64,000 bases of DNA from Eledone cirrhosa (GCA_964016885.1 OZ024756.1:15128001-15192000), one strand, 5' to 3'. Counted from the first letter of the stretch, positions 26,370-38,999 are shown. The notes: generated by a model from the sequence alone, not told the origin. Numbers and translations: made by a program.

Positions 26370-27862
26370 TGTCATACCCAAAGACTGGTGCAGCAGTATT
26401 CTCATAAATTGCTACAAAGGTAAATGGGATGCTCTAGGGAGGAGCAATTATAGGGGCTTAAAGCTGATGGATCAGGTTATGAAAGTGGCAGAGAGAATAT
26501 TAGCGCAACTGATTAGAGAAAGGGTCAAATTAGATGAGATGCAGTTTGGTTTTGTGCCCCGGAAAAGTACAACAGAGGCCCCCTTCTTAGTGAAGCAACT
26601 ACAAGAGTTGTTAGAGAAGAATAAGCCACTATACTTAGCTTTTGTTGACCTAGAGAAGGCCTTTGATAGGGCACCCCGATCTGTCATCTGGTGGTCCCTA
26701 AGGAAACTAGGTATAGAGCAATGGCTTGTGAGGACAGTGCAAGCTATGTACAGGAGTGCTGTCAGTAAAGTGAGAGTAGGCATGGAGTTTAGTGAGGAAT
26801 TCCAGATACAAGTAGGTGTACATCAGGGTTCGGTCCTCAGCCCGCTCTTGTTCATTATAGTCCTCCAAGCCATAACAGAGGAGTTTAAGACTGGATGCCC
26901 ATGGGAACTTCTCTATGCTGATGATCTCTATAGCAGAATCAATAGAGGAGCTAGAGAATAAATTCTGGCTATGGAAACAGCAGTTGGAATCAAGAGGACT
27001 GAGAGTAAACCTAGCTAAGACAAAAGTGTTGATAAGTAGAAGAGAGGACAATACTCCGATTCCATCAGGGAAATGGCCATGTTCGATATGTAGAAAAGGA
27101 ACTGGCATAAATTCCATAAAATGTACGCAATGCAGATCTTGGGTATACAAGAGATGTAGTGGGATAGCAGGCAAACTAACAGGTAGGGAAAACTACGTAT
27201 GCAGTAGATGTACAGGGAAAGTTGGCAGTAGTAATCGCAGTGATAGACACATTTTTCCAATGCAGGTGAGTGCTATAGAAGTGTTTGATAGCTTTCTGTA
27301 CCTAGGTGATCAGATTAGCATGGGAGGGGGGGGGTCCAAGGCTATACTATCTAGAATAAGGACGGGTTGGAAGAAGTTTAGGGAGCTTCTTCCTCTGTTG
27401 ACAAAGAAGGGTTTCTCCCTGCGTACGAAAGGACGGTTATATGATGCCTGTGTGAGATGCTGCATGGTAGTGAGACATGGGCAGCAACTGTGGAAGATAT
27501 GCTCCGTTGGATGTGCAATGCCAATGTGCGTGAACGACCAAGCATAGACGAGTTGAGAAAGAAACTGGGTATAAGAGGGATAAGTTGCGGTGTGTAGGAG
27601 AGAAGGCTGAGATGGTATGGACATATGATGCGCGTGGAGGATGACCGCTGGGTAAAGAAGTGCCAAGAAATCCGAGTAGAACGAAGACGCGGTAGAGGTA
27701 GACCACGAAAAACATGGGTGGAGGTGGTGAGAGCAGACCTCAGATCGCTGAAACTCATGGTGGAGATGACGAAGGACCGTGACAAGTGGAGAGATGATGT
27801 GCTGAATAGGACCCGCCCAACCCTTGCAAGCAGGGAAAAGCGGACGTAAAATGATGATGATA
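26367..27862 (+). mobile_element. 5'-truncated, frameshifted RTE-type LINE with RT and internal PHD-like Zn finger
   Basis: NYRGLKL, QFGF, FVDLEKAFD, GVHQGSVLSPLLF, LLYADDL, GLRVNLAKTK, CSIC..C..C.SW...C..C..C, RRLRWYGH, RGRGRPRKTW; (ATG)n tail. Confidence 0.93.
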
Positions 27863-28211
27863 ATAATATATATCATCACTTAACGTCCATCTTCCACGTT
27901 GGCATGGGTTGGACGGGTTTGTCCCACTTGAGGCAAGATTGGTCGGGTGACCATGTCTCGCTCGTACAGAACTGTTTCTGGCAGATTTTCTACGGCTGGA
28001 TGCCCTTCCTAACACCAACCACATTTACAGCCTTTTTACCGTGTCTCCTACACAACCGCTTTATAGTGTGGACTGGGTGCTTTTTGTTGTGTCACCGACA
28101 CAAAGGACGGAAATGGGGGGATGGGGCGGGGGTGTGGGGTGTATATTGAGTTAAGAAGTGCCTACTGATTATAGGTTTAAGTTCGTACGTAACCCACAGT
28201 CAGAAGGCACC

Positions 28212-28279
<68 letters not shown>

Positions 28280-28389
28280 TTATCCGAAATAGATTTAATT
28301 AAATTAAATTAAAGGAGTCATGTCCGAGACATGCGCCATATCCACCGTAGAATAAGCTCAAAGATTCCAATGAATAGATCCGAGCATTT

Positions 28390-28656
28390 TATATCAACTA
28401 GAAATTGATTGACATATATATATATTTAAAATAAACACATGAAACAATCACAGGGGATAATTTGTAAAGTGTGTAATCACACACAAAAAAAAAATAATCA
28501 CACACAAAAAAAGGTAATATTTGAAACTCTAGTTAAACTTTAATTAGTTACCTACCTAGCTGTGTGTGATTACACACTTTACAAATTATCCCCTGTGATT
28601 GTTTCATGTGTTTATTTTAAATATATATATATGTCAATCAATTTCTAGTTGATATA
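28390..28656. repeat. About 96-bp perfect inverted repeat with 75-bp spacer
   Basis: 28390-28485 is the reverse complement of 28561-28656. Confidence 0.9.
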
Positions 28657-28685
28657 TATATACGTATATATATATATATATATAT

Positions 28686-29219
<534 letters not shown>

Positions 29220-29351
29220 TAAAATAACAGATTAAAGTTGATTCTTTGCTTAAACTTTAATCTGTTATTTTAATAAATATTTGCTCTACGGTTCTTATAT
29301 ATTTGATATATATTTATCCTTATCGAGCCCTCTTTGGATTTTAGTCTTCAA

Positions 29352-29391
<40 letters not shown>

Positions 29392-29503
29392 TGACAAGTA
29401 AGTATGTTTTGAAACAGTGAGCAGGTTTGAAATTAGAAAATAGAATAGCTTTCACCGTATTTTTTACTAAAGAGATTTTTTAGTCTGATAATGGGGTTTA
29501 GAA

Positions 29504-29564
<61 letters not shown>

Positions 29565-29951
29565 TACATACACACGCCGCACGAGGGAGTGTTGAAAAGA
29601 TTCTGGCGAAAGAAAATACAGGAGGATCAGTTAATTATGATTTTATTCAATAAATTCCCTCTTTCAGATTCAGACACAACATATACGCATGAGCAAGACA
29701 TACTCACCTGACCTGACATTGCTTACAACAGGATAACTTGTCTAACCCATGCTAGCGTGGAAAAATGGACGTTAAACGGGGATGATGATGATGATGATGA
29801 TATATATGGCTTCTCGTTCTTTGGGAACTAATATTTTTCTAGAATTTCAAGATGGCTGCTGTCAATTGCAGCTCTTGGCTTCACCATCTGTCGATGTTAA
29901 TCAACGGTAAATGTTGATGATTCTTGCTGCATGAAATGGTACCATATAGGA

Positions 29952-30152
29952 GAGGCATGTCAAACGTGCGGCCCTTTACAAGCGCACCTACGGCCCGCAC
30001 AAAGGTTTTTACACCGCAAGCATGTTTTATCTTTGTAATGTAAAATTTAAAAAAATAGTTGTAATGTGCACAACTAGTTGTCGTGTGCGGCCCTCAGACA
30101 ATACATATGTGACCCATGTAACCCTCGGGACACCCTCAGTTTGACATGCCGG
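29952..30152. mobile_element. hAT/Charlie-type MITE
   Basis: GGCATGTCAAAC ... GTTTGACATGCC termini, internal gcggccc motifs. Confidence 0.75.
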
Positions 30153-30207
30153 CTATAGGGCCTTGTCAAAACTTAGTGACATTGTAAGTATAATATATAT
30201 TATACTT

Positions 30208-30516
30208 ACTTCTGAGAAGGAGCCCCGTGGGGTGGGGTGGCTGTTGCAGCGGGTGTCGTTGGCCATTGTCCGCAGGAATGCTTTTGCGCTCTTGTCCGTG
30301 AGGCGCAGCTCCATCACCGCCGCGTCCAGAGCCCAAACCCTCTCCTCCTCCCCATTCTTCTATGACACTAGAGCTCTTGCCTTTCTCTTCCTTTTCTGTT
30401 TTTTTTTATATTTTTTTATTTTACATTCCATTCTTTCTTCTCAATCTATTTTTTTTCTTTTTCTATTAAATTGTATTTACATGATATATAGTTTTCATAG
30501 AATAAAATAAATAAAA
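30208..30516 (+). mobile_element. 3' fragment of a CRE-like (RLE-type) non-LTR retrotransposon
   Basis: EPRGVGWLLQRVSLAIVRRNAFALL resembles the CRE C-terminal LFQRxSxAIQRGNA motif; T-rich 3' UTR and A-rich tail. Confidence 0.6.
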
Positions 30517-30879
30517 CGACTTCAATACGCCTCTATGTTTTTTACCTAATTTTATTGTTATCTGAAAAATAGATATATGGTTTCCTAGGATATTGCCAGT
30601 GTGCAACACTCTGACCTATTGGACTTTTAGTTCCAATTCTCTCATAGAGCTATCATAAAGCCACGTGATCATTATATATTATATATCGATCTCTTTTTAT
30701 CAGTACGGAAATGTTATTTTATTTATCGACCTCAAAGGGCTTAAATGCGAAGTTGACTTCGGTGGGGAAGTCAGTGCAAATACCACCAAGCATTCTACTC
30801 AACGTTCTAACGACTCTGCCAATTCGCCGATTTCTAGCAGAGATACGAAGCGACAATGTATGCGAGAGGGGAGTGAAAG

Positions 30880-31325
30880 AGTAAATGGGATATACATGAT
30901 TACATTAACCCCCAATACTTAATTGGAACTTTATTTTATCAATCCTAGAACGGATGAAAAGCACCTGTATAAGGTAAACCAAATGTACACCTATTGGTGC
31001 TCCACCGCTAATCTCATTAGCCAGTCTCCCAGTTCAATATTTTATGTTAGAAAAATCAGCAATTTATATTAATGTTTCGTAGAATTAGTTACAGTGGTTG
31101 AGTACACCACATTTTCTGGTAAAACTTTCCAACAATTCACCACTCTTTGAGAGAACAGAAATTTGTTTCCTATTTGTTCTTTCATATTTTTAATCTGTCT
31201 TCTCATTTAACTTCTATTTAGCTGGAAAAATCTTGGAGCTATCGATCTGTTCCTTTCCATCGCTATTCATTTTCCTTGCTTCAAGAGTATACGTACAATG
31301 AAAGTTTCTTTAATTTATCTCCGTG
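30880..31325 (-). repeat. Left arm of long inverted repeat (CR1/L2 3' fragment plus SINE piece)
   Basis: Reverse complement of 33780-34265; core about 30924-31181 appears identical. Confidence 0.9.
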
Positions 31326-31475
31326 TGCTAATTGACAAGAATAAAGCCTATCAACATTATATTTGGATGAAGACGCTAGGAATGGGGAATAAAGAGAGCA
31401 AGGGAGAGTAAAACACTAACCCGGGCAGCAAAATTTCGAATACAGAGAGATAAATATTTAAAATTTTTCTAACAG

Positions 31476-31581
31476 AAATCGACAGTTATTAGAGAACAGC
31501 TATCAAGGGTCAAGTATCATCTGTCTCTTGCTGTTGGACGTTCCCAGCGTTTCTCATTCCGTACAACGAATATTTTGAACG
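31476..31581 (+). CDS. Unknown plus-strand gene, exon A
   Basis: tttttctaacAG / GTGAC; 106 nt, phase 0 to 1; KSTVIREQLSRVKYHLSLAVGRSQRFSFRTTNILN. Confidence 0.5.
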
Positions 31582-32049
31582 GTGACGCTGTCTTATGTTT
31601 TTAGTGGTGGTGATTTCTAAACCAGGATCCATTTAACGGGGGGAAGTTAAGAAAATATGAGGGAAAAATTTTACCCTACCAAAGTTTATCCTTCAAAATC
31701 ATCTTATTTCTTACGTAAGAGTATTATTGGTACCAAGGAAACTGGAAATTCTTGGGAAAAATGTATACCAGTAAGGTTTTTTTTTATCATTATTATTATC
31801 GTTTCATTTTTCGGCGCTTCTTCTACCCTGCATTTCAAATCGAATCAAACGCTACCATAGCCCTAATTCAATTCCTCACAATTGTCGTAATCCTAACATT
31901 AATGAATCGTAAACCTAACAAAAACAAATCCTAACACTAACTTTGCTAGTCTACCAGGAATCCTTAGATAACATATCTTAGTTAAAATCTTCCCATAGAA
32001 TTGCTTGATTATTAGAGCTTTACAACTAGCCAAAGTAATTACTATTTAG

Positions 32050-32092
32050 CACCAAATGAAGACGTGGTACCATGGTACCTTATTTCTGGGAG
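32050..32092 (+). CDS. Unknown plus-strand gene, exon B
   Basis: atttAG / GTGAGA; 43 nt, phase 1 to 2; (A)PNEDVVPWYLISG(R). Confidence 0.55.
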
Positions 32093-32220
32093 GTGAGAAG
32101 GAAGTAATCAAATCGGACGCCCCCTCATTAGTCTGTTGATTGATCATGTGTTTTCGAGTAAGTTTGGAAAATAATTAGTACTACTTTTATTTTTCATTTT
32201 AATACTTTGGTATCTGTCAG

Positions 32221-32286
32221 ATACAAGAGATATGGGATTTTTTTTACCACTGGTCAGTCAGGATTTCAGCTGCAGCAGCAACACGA
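32221..32286 (+). CDS. Unknown plus-strand gene, exon C
   Basis: T-rich tract, tgtcAG / GTAAGG; 66 nt, phase 2-2; (R)YKRYGIFFTTGQSGFQLQQQH(D). Confidence 0.6.
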
Positions 32287-32998
32287 GTAAGGCAAACACC
32301 TTCACGCTGTTACTGTCGATTTTTACTGTTCCACGAAAACGACTTCTCTACGTAACGCAAGTCGTAACTGGATATATGGAGATACCGGGTAGCCCAGACG
32401 TCAAAATCCAAGCCTCTCGACCTCATTGGCGTGGTACAAATGAGATGCAGAGTAATACATCTGACACCAGGGTTTACCGGAAAAGTGTCGAATCGAAAAC
32501 CAGACCATCTTAGGGGCTCCACTCCTGGATCTATTATAAAGTTTACATCATAGAATTTGGATGGGGGGAATGAAAAGTAAAGTTGACCTCGGCAAGATTT
32601 TCAACCTTCAAGATGTAAATACGTGGAACAAATACTGCAAAGCATTTTATTCGACGTTCTACCAATTCTTCCAATCCACTAGCACATTGCACTAATGAAA
32701 TTTTTACTGAATTTCTACAAGTTAAAACAGTTAAATTCTTTCTCAAGCCAAGAGCTTGTCCTGGTTTTATGTGGCGTTATGCAACTGAGAGTGCAAGACT
32801 TCTTCCCTCACTGGATGTACACCTGTCTGCGGCAAGGTTATCCTCCTCACAACCCCAGTAGGTGGTGGTATTGAGTTTTTCAGATGAATATAAAATGATC
32901 ATGGACACAACTGAAGCCATCACCTTACGGTTCTGACAATACCTAATGCGCAGATAGAATTGATTTTCCGAAAAGTAGGGTAGAACTTACAGACGAAG

Positions 32999-33040
<42 letters not shown>

Positions 33041-33045
<5 letters not shown>

Positions 33046-33230
33046 TTGTCCCCCGGTATTAGAGGGGTTTACATTCCTAGAGCATCTGCGAAGAGCGGAA
33101 GACCGCGAATATTGGATATGGTCCATAAAAATGCCTATAAATGTAACGTAAAAGATAGGCGGGCAAATACGGTATATTGCTATTAATAATTAAGTGTCAA
33201 AAACGTGAAAAATATATATATATTTAGAGC
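33041..33230 (+). mobile_element. Tigger/pogo-like terminal fragment
   Basis: TA-CAGTTGTCCCCCGGTATT..GGGGTTTACATTCC; no matching right end seen. Confidence 0.45.
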
Positions 33231-33658
33231 GGGTTGGTGGTTGAGTCAAGAAATATGGATGATGTCTTGGATCTAGTATAGACATTTAGTTTGTAATTAG
33301 CTTTGTTTTAAGGAGTGTATTAGCTACAAGTTTGACATTCGATGGTCTTACCCACTGGCTGTTTCGTTTATCATTGGTTTTGTTTTCGGGGTGTATCATA
33401 TCGAAATGGTAATTCAGCCAATCACTGTTATGAATTTAGTTAGTTCTTCCGGCCCCCTATTGTGGCTTTAGACAATGAGAGATCTCCACCTAGACCCACC
33501 GCCGTAAGCCCTGTCACATGCCTATCCCTATCTACCAGATTCTCAACCATCTTTTCTTTGCTCCTCGCCCCCACACGTACTCGTTCTGGTTTCCTACTTG
33601 AGAGAGGCTCTTGTCATTTTGTTGACATACGTAGCACGTGGCCGAGCATCTTTTGCAG

Positions 33659-33713
33659 TCTTAAGGTGATAGTATTTCATAAATTACTCAACCCGGTCTC
33701 TTCCATAAACGAG
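33659..33713 (+). CDS. Unknown plus-strand gene, exon D
   Basis: cttttgcAG / GTCGC (weak donor); 55 nt, phase 2 to 0; (D)LKVIVFHKLLNPVSSINE. Confidence 0.5.
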
Positions 33714-33779
33714 GTCGCGTTAAGAAATTCTTAGACAACGTCTACAATTTTAATCAGTAGCAAATTTACGACAACCACT

Positions 33780-34265
33780 AAACGAAGAAAGATTAAAGAA
33801 ACTATCATTGGCAACTCTTGAAGCAAGAAGGATAATAAGAGGTGGTTTAATTGAAACCTTTAATATTATTAATAGAAAGGAACTGATCGATACCTCCAAG
33901 ATTTTTTCCAGCTAAATAGAAATTAAATGTGAAAACACAAAGTAAAATATTCAAGAAATATACAAGAACAAATAGGAAACAAATTTCTGTTCTCTCAAAG
34001 AGTGGTGAATTGTTGGAAAGTTTTACCAGAAAATGTGGTGTACTCAACCACTGTAACTAATTCTACGAAACATTAATATAAATTGCTGATTTTTCTAACA
34101 TAAAATATTGAACTGGGAGACTGGCTAATGAGATTAGCGGTGGAGCACCAATAGGTGTACATTTGGTTTACCTTATACAGGTGCTTTTCATCCGTTCTAG
34201 GATTGATAAAATAAAGTTCCAGTTAAATATTGGGGGGTTAATATAATCGTATATATCCCATTTAA
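33780..34265 (+). repeat. Right arm of long inverted repeat (CR1/L2 3' fragment plus SINE piece)
   Basis: Decayed ERLKKLSLATLEARR..RGGLIETFNII and SQRVVNCWKVLPENVV, typical of a CR1/L2 ORF2 end. Confidence 0.9.
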
Positions 34266-35402
34266 TCCCCCCCCCCCCCCACCTACGCGGAAGACTAGTT
34301 AGTGAGACGAGCAACAGTAGATGGGTATTAGGCCCCACCGCTGAGTTATAGAAATATTTTCATAGGAAACCGCCCCTCGTTCTACGATACAAAACTGTTT
34401 TAAAATGTTTATATTATCTAGATACCTCCCATCATAATTTTATGTAAAAACCTTTGTTAAGTTATGTTCCAAACACCAACTTGATAATACTTTCTACATT
34501 TGGCACAAGGTCAGCAATTTCAAGGGAAGGGGAAAGTCAATTACATCGACCCCAGTGGTACTTCATTTTATCGACCCCGTAAAGATAAAAGACAAAGCTA
34601 ACCTTGGCGGGATTTGAATTCAGAACGAAAAGGGCCGTAACTATATGCCGCAAAGAATGTTGTTTGACGCGATACCGACACTACCAATCCACCGCGCTAC
34701 AACAACTTATTAATAATAAAAAAATTAGTTGTATTACTAAATCTCTCCACATTCTTCATTATTTTCAAAATTATGAAAATGTTATAGACAGTGTCTTTTA
34801 TTTGAAATATGGTAACGAAAGGGTTTAAAGTGATTTTATCTAAAGTCGTTAGAATGTTGTTTGTGGTATTCGTTTCGGCTCTGTGAGTTCAAATTTTGCC
34901 GAGGTCAACTTTGTCTTTCATCCTTTCGAATTCGATAAAAAAAAAAACCTAGCAGTCTGGGATCGATTCTTCCTCTATATATTTTTTTCCATCTCTGGAA
35001 GAAATCTGCTGTATTCAGACCTGGAGAGGAGATTGTGCTCCACCAGAAACGCCGTCAATACGGCTCCCCTACGACTTCTTCGTGAGTTATGGGACCATAT
35101 ATACATACAAACAAACATTTATCTAAAACATAAAAAGACACCTTCCAGTATAAGTTTATGTAAAATCTTTGTTAAATTATGTTTCAAACATCAGTTTATT
35201 AATGGCTATTTAGTTAAATTATTAAAAAAAGAAAAGAGCCTTCCAAATTCTTGATTATTTTCAAAATGATTTCAAAACCATAGACAGTGTTTTTCATTAT
35301 AAATATTTTTCCTAAATGGTTAACTGTGGTTATTTTTCTCCTTTATATTTAAAGCCTTCTTTTTAAGAGTTGCTCTTTTTTGTTATTTTCTTTGATTTGA
35401 AG

Positions 35403-35843
35403 GAGTCTTTGCTAAAACTCGAGGACTTCATAAAAAAGGGACTACTGATCTCAGATATGAATTTCCTGCAGCAGACTAGAGGAAAATTGGCTGCTTTGAA
35501 ATATTCGAAAATTAATGGTATATGTCGTAAGAGCCACTTCACTCTTGATGTGCAGGACATGCGTAAAGAAGCCCTGTTGCGGGTAACACACCGTCGAATT
35601 AAAGGGTATTTGGATATCCTAGAGCACAGCTTCGAAGAGGAGGTGCCTACCTTTACCAGCAGCAATTACTATCCGTCGAAAGAAGGTGCCAACTTCGATA
35701 ATGTTGACAACGAGAAATTTCTCTCGGAAGATGTGAAAGAAGAGGCAATCGGCGATAGTCTAGCTACCGGCATTAAAATGATCCAGCCACACACAAAACA
35801 AAGGAGAATTGAAACACAACATTATAATGTTACAACATCCTGA
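35403..35843 (+). CDS. Unknown plus-strand gene, terminal exon
   Basis: Long pyrimidine tract, gaAG acceptor, phase 0; 146-codon non-repetitive ORF ESLLKLEDFIKKG...NVTTS*; AATAAA at 35968-35973. Confidence 0.6.
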   Translation, partial: ESLLKLEDFIKKGLLISDMNFLQQTRGKLAALKYSKINGICRKSHFTLDVQDMRKEALLRVTHRRIKGYLDILEHSFEEEVPTFTSSNYYPSKEGANFDNVDNEKFLSEDVKEEAIGDSLATGIKMIQPHTKQRRIETQHYNVTTS

Positions 35844-36439
35844 AACCAATCAAGAGCTGTGGGATATCGTGGCTCCAAACCCCAGAGAATATCTGAGTGG
35901 TAATGCCTATTTTTATAAACAGGAAAACTTCGATTGGATTTCGAAGAACCTTGAAATCCTTAATAATAATAAAAAGATGTCAATGTGTATATTATTTCTT
36001 TATCGTCGTTATTTATTACTATGGGTTATTTGTCCCGTTTTCACTTCAAATTACGCCTTGTCACTCATTGTGTCGGACTGTCCACTCTCCCCGTCCGACG
36101 GGGAGATTTCCCACTTACTTTTGTGAAAATGGGTATAACTTTCATTATGTAAAATCTTCCCATTTTGCCTCATTTCTCACTTTTTTTTCATGGTACTCCC
36201 CGTTTGAGTTTTTAGAGGTTGGCAGGTCTGTTGTGTCGTCACGCAAAATTTCCCTGTAACTACGCTAAGGTTGCACTTGCCTGTAAAATGTTCAGACAAT
36301 TGCAGGTTAATTTCAAGACCAAATTGTTCCAATAACTGGAACACTGCCTTTATTTTTCTTAATAACATTGTCAGACAAAGACAAAAAACTTCCTGACACA
36401 CCTGTTCCATATTATTTTATGTATTTATTTAATGTCTGC

Positions 36440-38210
36440 GAGTTCCTCCATATTTAGAATCACATTTTGGCAAGCAAAGATACAAAAGATTTCATCACAT
36501 ATTAACGCTATATCTCTCCACCTTTTTTTGTTTCTATTAGAAACATCCATATTAAGAATTTCATCCATATTAAGAATTTAGACTCAGCTGTGACAGGGGC
36601 AGTGGAAGCATGTCTGAATTGGGGGTGCCAACTTTGGTCAATTTAGTTATAGTGATTAGTTTAGCTCTTTGCGATCTTAAATGGTCAGAAAACTTCGATA
36701 TGCGATAAACATAACATGTACATAAATTGTAGCGCATATACAAATAGATGTGTGTTTTAGTAGTTTTGGGAGAAAAATATAATTATTTTATTTGTCTATG
36801 TGTCCAAACCCACCCCTACCCATCCTCAACATTACATTCTGGCAACCAAATAGACAAAAGATTTTGGAACATACCTGCACCATTTATTCTGGTCTGCGAG
36901 TTCCTCCATATTTAGAATTACAATTTAGCAGACAATGACAGAAGATTTCGTAACATTGCTGTGCTGTATTCTAACTTTCTCTCTGGAAAAGTTTCCCTAT
37001 ATTTAGAATTATATTTCAGCTGACAAGACAAAAGATTTCGATACATTGCTACGCTGTATTCTAACTTTCTCTCTGGAAAAGTTCCCCTATATTTAGAATT
37101 ATATTTCAGCTGACAAGACAAAAGATTTCGTAACATTGCTACACTGTATTCTAACTTTCTCTATGGGAGAGTTCCCCTATATTTAGAATTATATTTTAGC
37201 TAACAAGACAAAAGATTTCGATACATTGCTGTACCGAGTTCTAACTTTTGTTATGGGAGAATTCCTCTACATTTAAAATTATATTTTGGTTGACAAGACA
37301 AAAAATTTCGTTAGATTGCTGTACCGTATGCTATCTTTTTTATCGGAGAGTTCGCATATATTTGGCGGCGAATTGGCAGAGTCCTTAGACCGTCGGATAG
37401 AATGCTTTATGGCATTCGTTCCGGCTCTCTGCTTTCAAATCCCGCTGAGGTCGATAAAGAAAGTACTAGTCTATTACTGGGGACGATTCTTCCTCTATAT
37501 AATTTTCTCATTTTCTCTCGCTCACTTTTTGTCTTTCTCTGGAAGAAATCTGCTGTACTCAGGCCTGGAGAGGGATGGGCCCCGCCAGGCTTAAAATGCC
37601 CAGGAAACGCCGCCCCCACGACTCTATTGGGAGTTATGGGACAATTTTGGCAGGAGAAGTCACAGAAAATCTCATTATATTGCGGCACTGTATTCTATCT
37701 TTCTGTATAGGAGAGTTCCCACCTCTATTCAGAAATACATTCTGGTTAGAAAGAACACAGATTTCGTTACTTACCTCTACCATATTCCTTCTTTCATTCT
37801 TTTTATTTCACGTTTTAAATTTCCCCTAAATACAGAATTTATATTTTTGGCAAGCGAGAGCACAATAGATTTCGCGACATATCTGCACTATATTCTGTCG
37901 ATTGGCAGTATCAGTAGAGCGTCAGACGCCATGCTTCGCAGCATAGAGATATGGCCCTTTACGTTCCGAGTTCAAATCCTGCCGAAGTTAGCTTTGCTTT
38001 TCATCCTTACGGGGTCAATGAAATAAAGCACCAGTAAAATAGAAATAATTTTTTTTTTTTTTTTTTTTAGATTTCCTCCATATTCAGAATTAAATTTGGG
38101 CGGGAAAGAAGACAAAATATTTCGTAACATACCTGTACTAAATACTTTTTTTTAATCCTCCAAGTTAAGAATTTACATTCTGGCAGACAAGGGGATAGAT
38201 TTTCGTACCC
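36440..38210. repeat. Degenerate 90-bp tandem repeat interrupted by SINEs
   Basis: atttagaattatatttcagctgacaagacaaaagatttcg recurs at 36911, 37001, 37091, 37181, 37271, with diverged outliers. Confidence 0.8.
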
Positions 38211-38337
38211 TAGTTGTTCCGTAAGGCGGCGGAGTAGTAGTAGTGGGGACATCAGATTAAAAATGCCTGTGTTTGTTCCGGTTCTCAGCACTCCAAGCTA
38301 ACTATGTCCTTCATCCTTTCGAGGTGGATACAAAAGA

Positions 38338-38690
38338 AAAAGTACCAGTCATACACTGGCGCTGATTCTTGATCACCTCTCCCTCTAAAAAGTACCAGTC
38401 ATACACTGGCGCTGATTCTTGATCCACCACCCTCTAAAAAGTACCAGTCATACACTGGCGCTGATTCTTGATCACCTCTCCCTCTAAAAAGTACCAGTCA
38501 CACACTGAGGCTGAGTTTTGATCCACCTCTCCCTCTAAAAAGTACCAGTCATACACTGGCGCTGATTTTTGATCCACCTCTCCCTCTAAAAAGTACCAGT
38601 CATGTACTGGGGTTGATTCTTGATCCACCTCTCCCTCTAAAAAGTACCAGTCATGTACTGGGGTTGATTCTTCACCCCCATCTCCCTCTT
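38338..38690. repeat. About 50-bp minisatellite derived from SINE-B body
   Basis: aaaagtaccagtcatacactgg unit continues a SINE-B copy starting near 38225. Confidence 0.85.
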
Positions 38691-38964
38691 TGGAAGAAAC
38701 CTGGAGAGGTATAGGTTCCACTAGGTGTAAAATGGTGAAGATTCAAGACGTGTCAGGACCTACAAAGCACCCCTACGACTTCGTCAAGAGTTAAGCACTC
38801 TTGACATATTCTATGTAGAAGTGGGGGGTGAGGGTGATCTATTAAGTGGAGTGGAGGAGAGGGAGGGGGGGGGGGGGGCTTTGATCCAACCAATGTGGTT
38901 TCTCACAGATAAACACTCAAATACACACAGACATATACAGATAAAAACACTCAACCCCACACTG

Positions 38965-38999
<35 letters not shown>

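Noticed and set aside
32232-32513. 93-aa plus-strand ORF from the track
   Set aside because: The phase-consistent exon model uses a different frame ending at the 32286 donor; no motif support for the longer ORF
36177-36410. 77-aa minus-strand ORF
   Set aside because: No recognisable motif; overlaps a degenerate TIR-like element (about 36073-36230)
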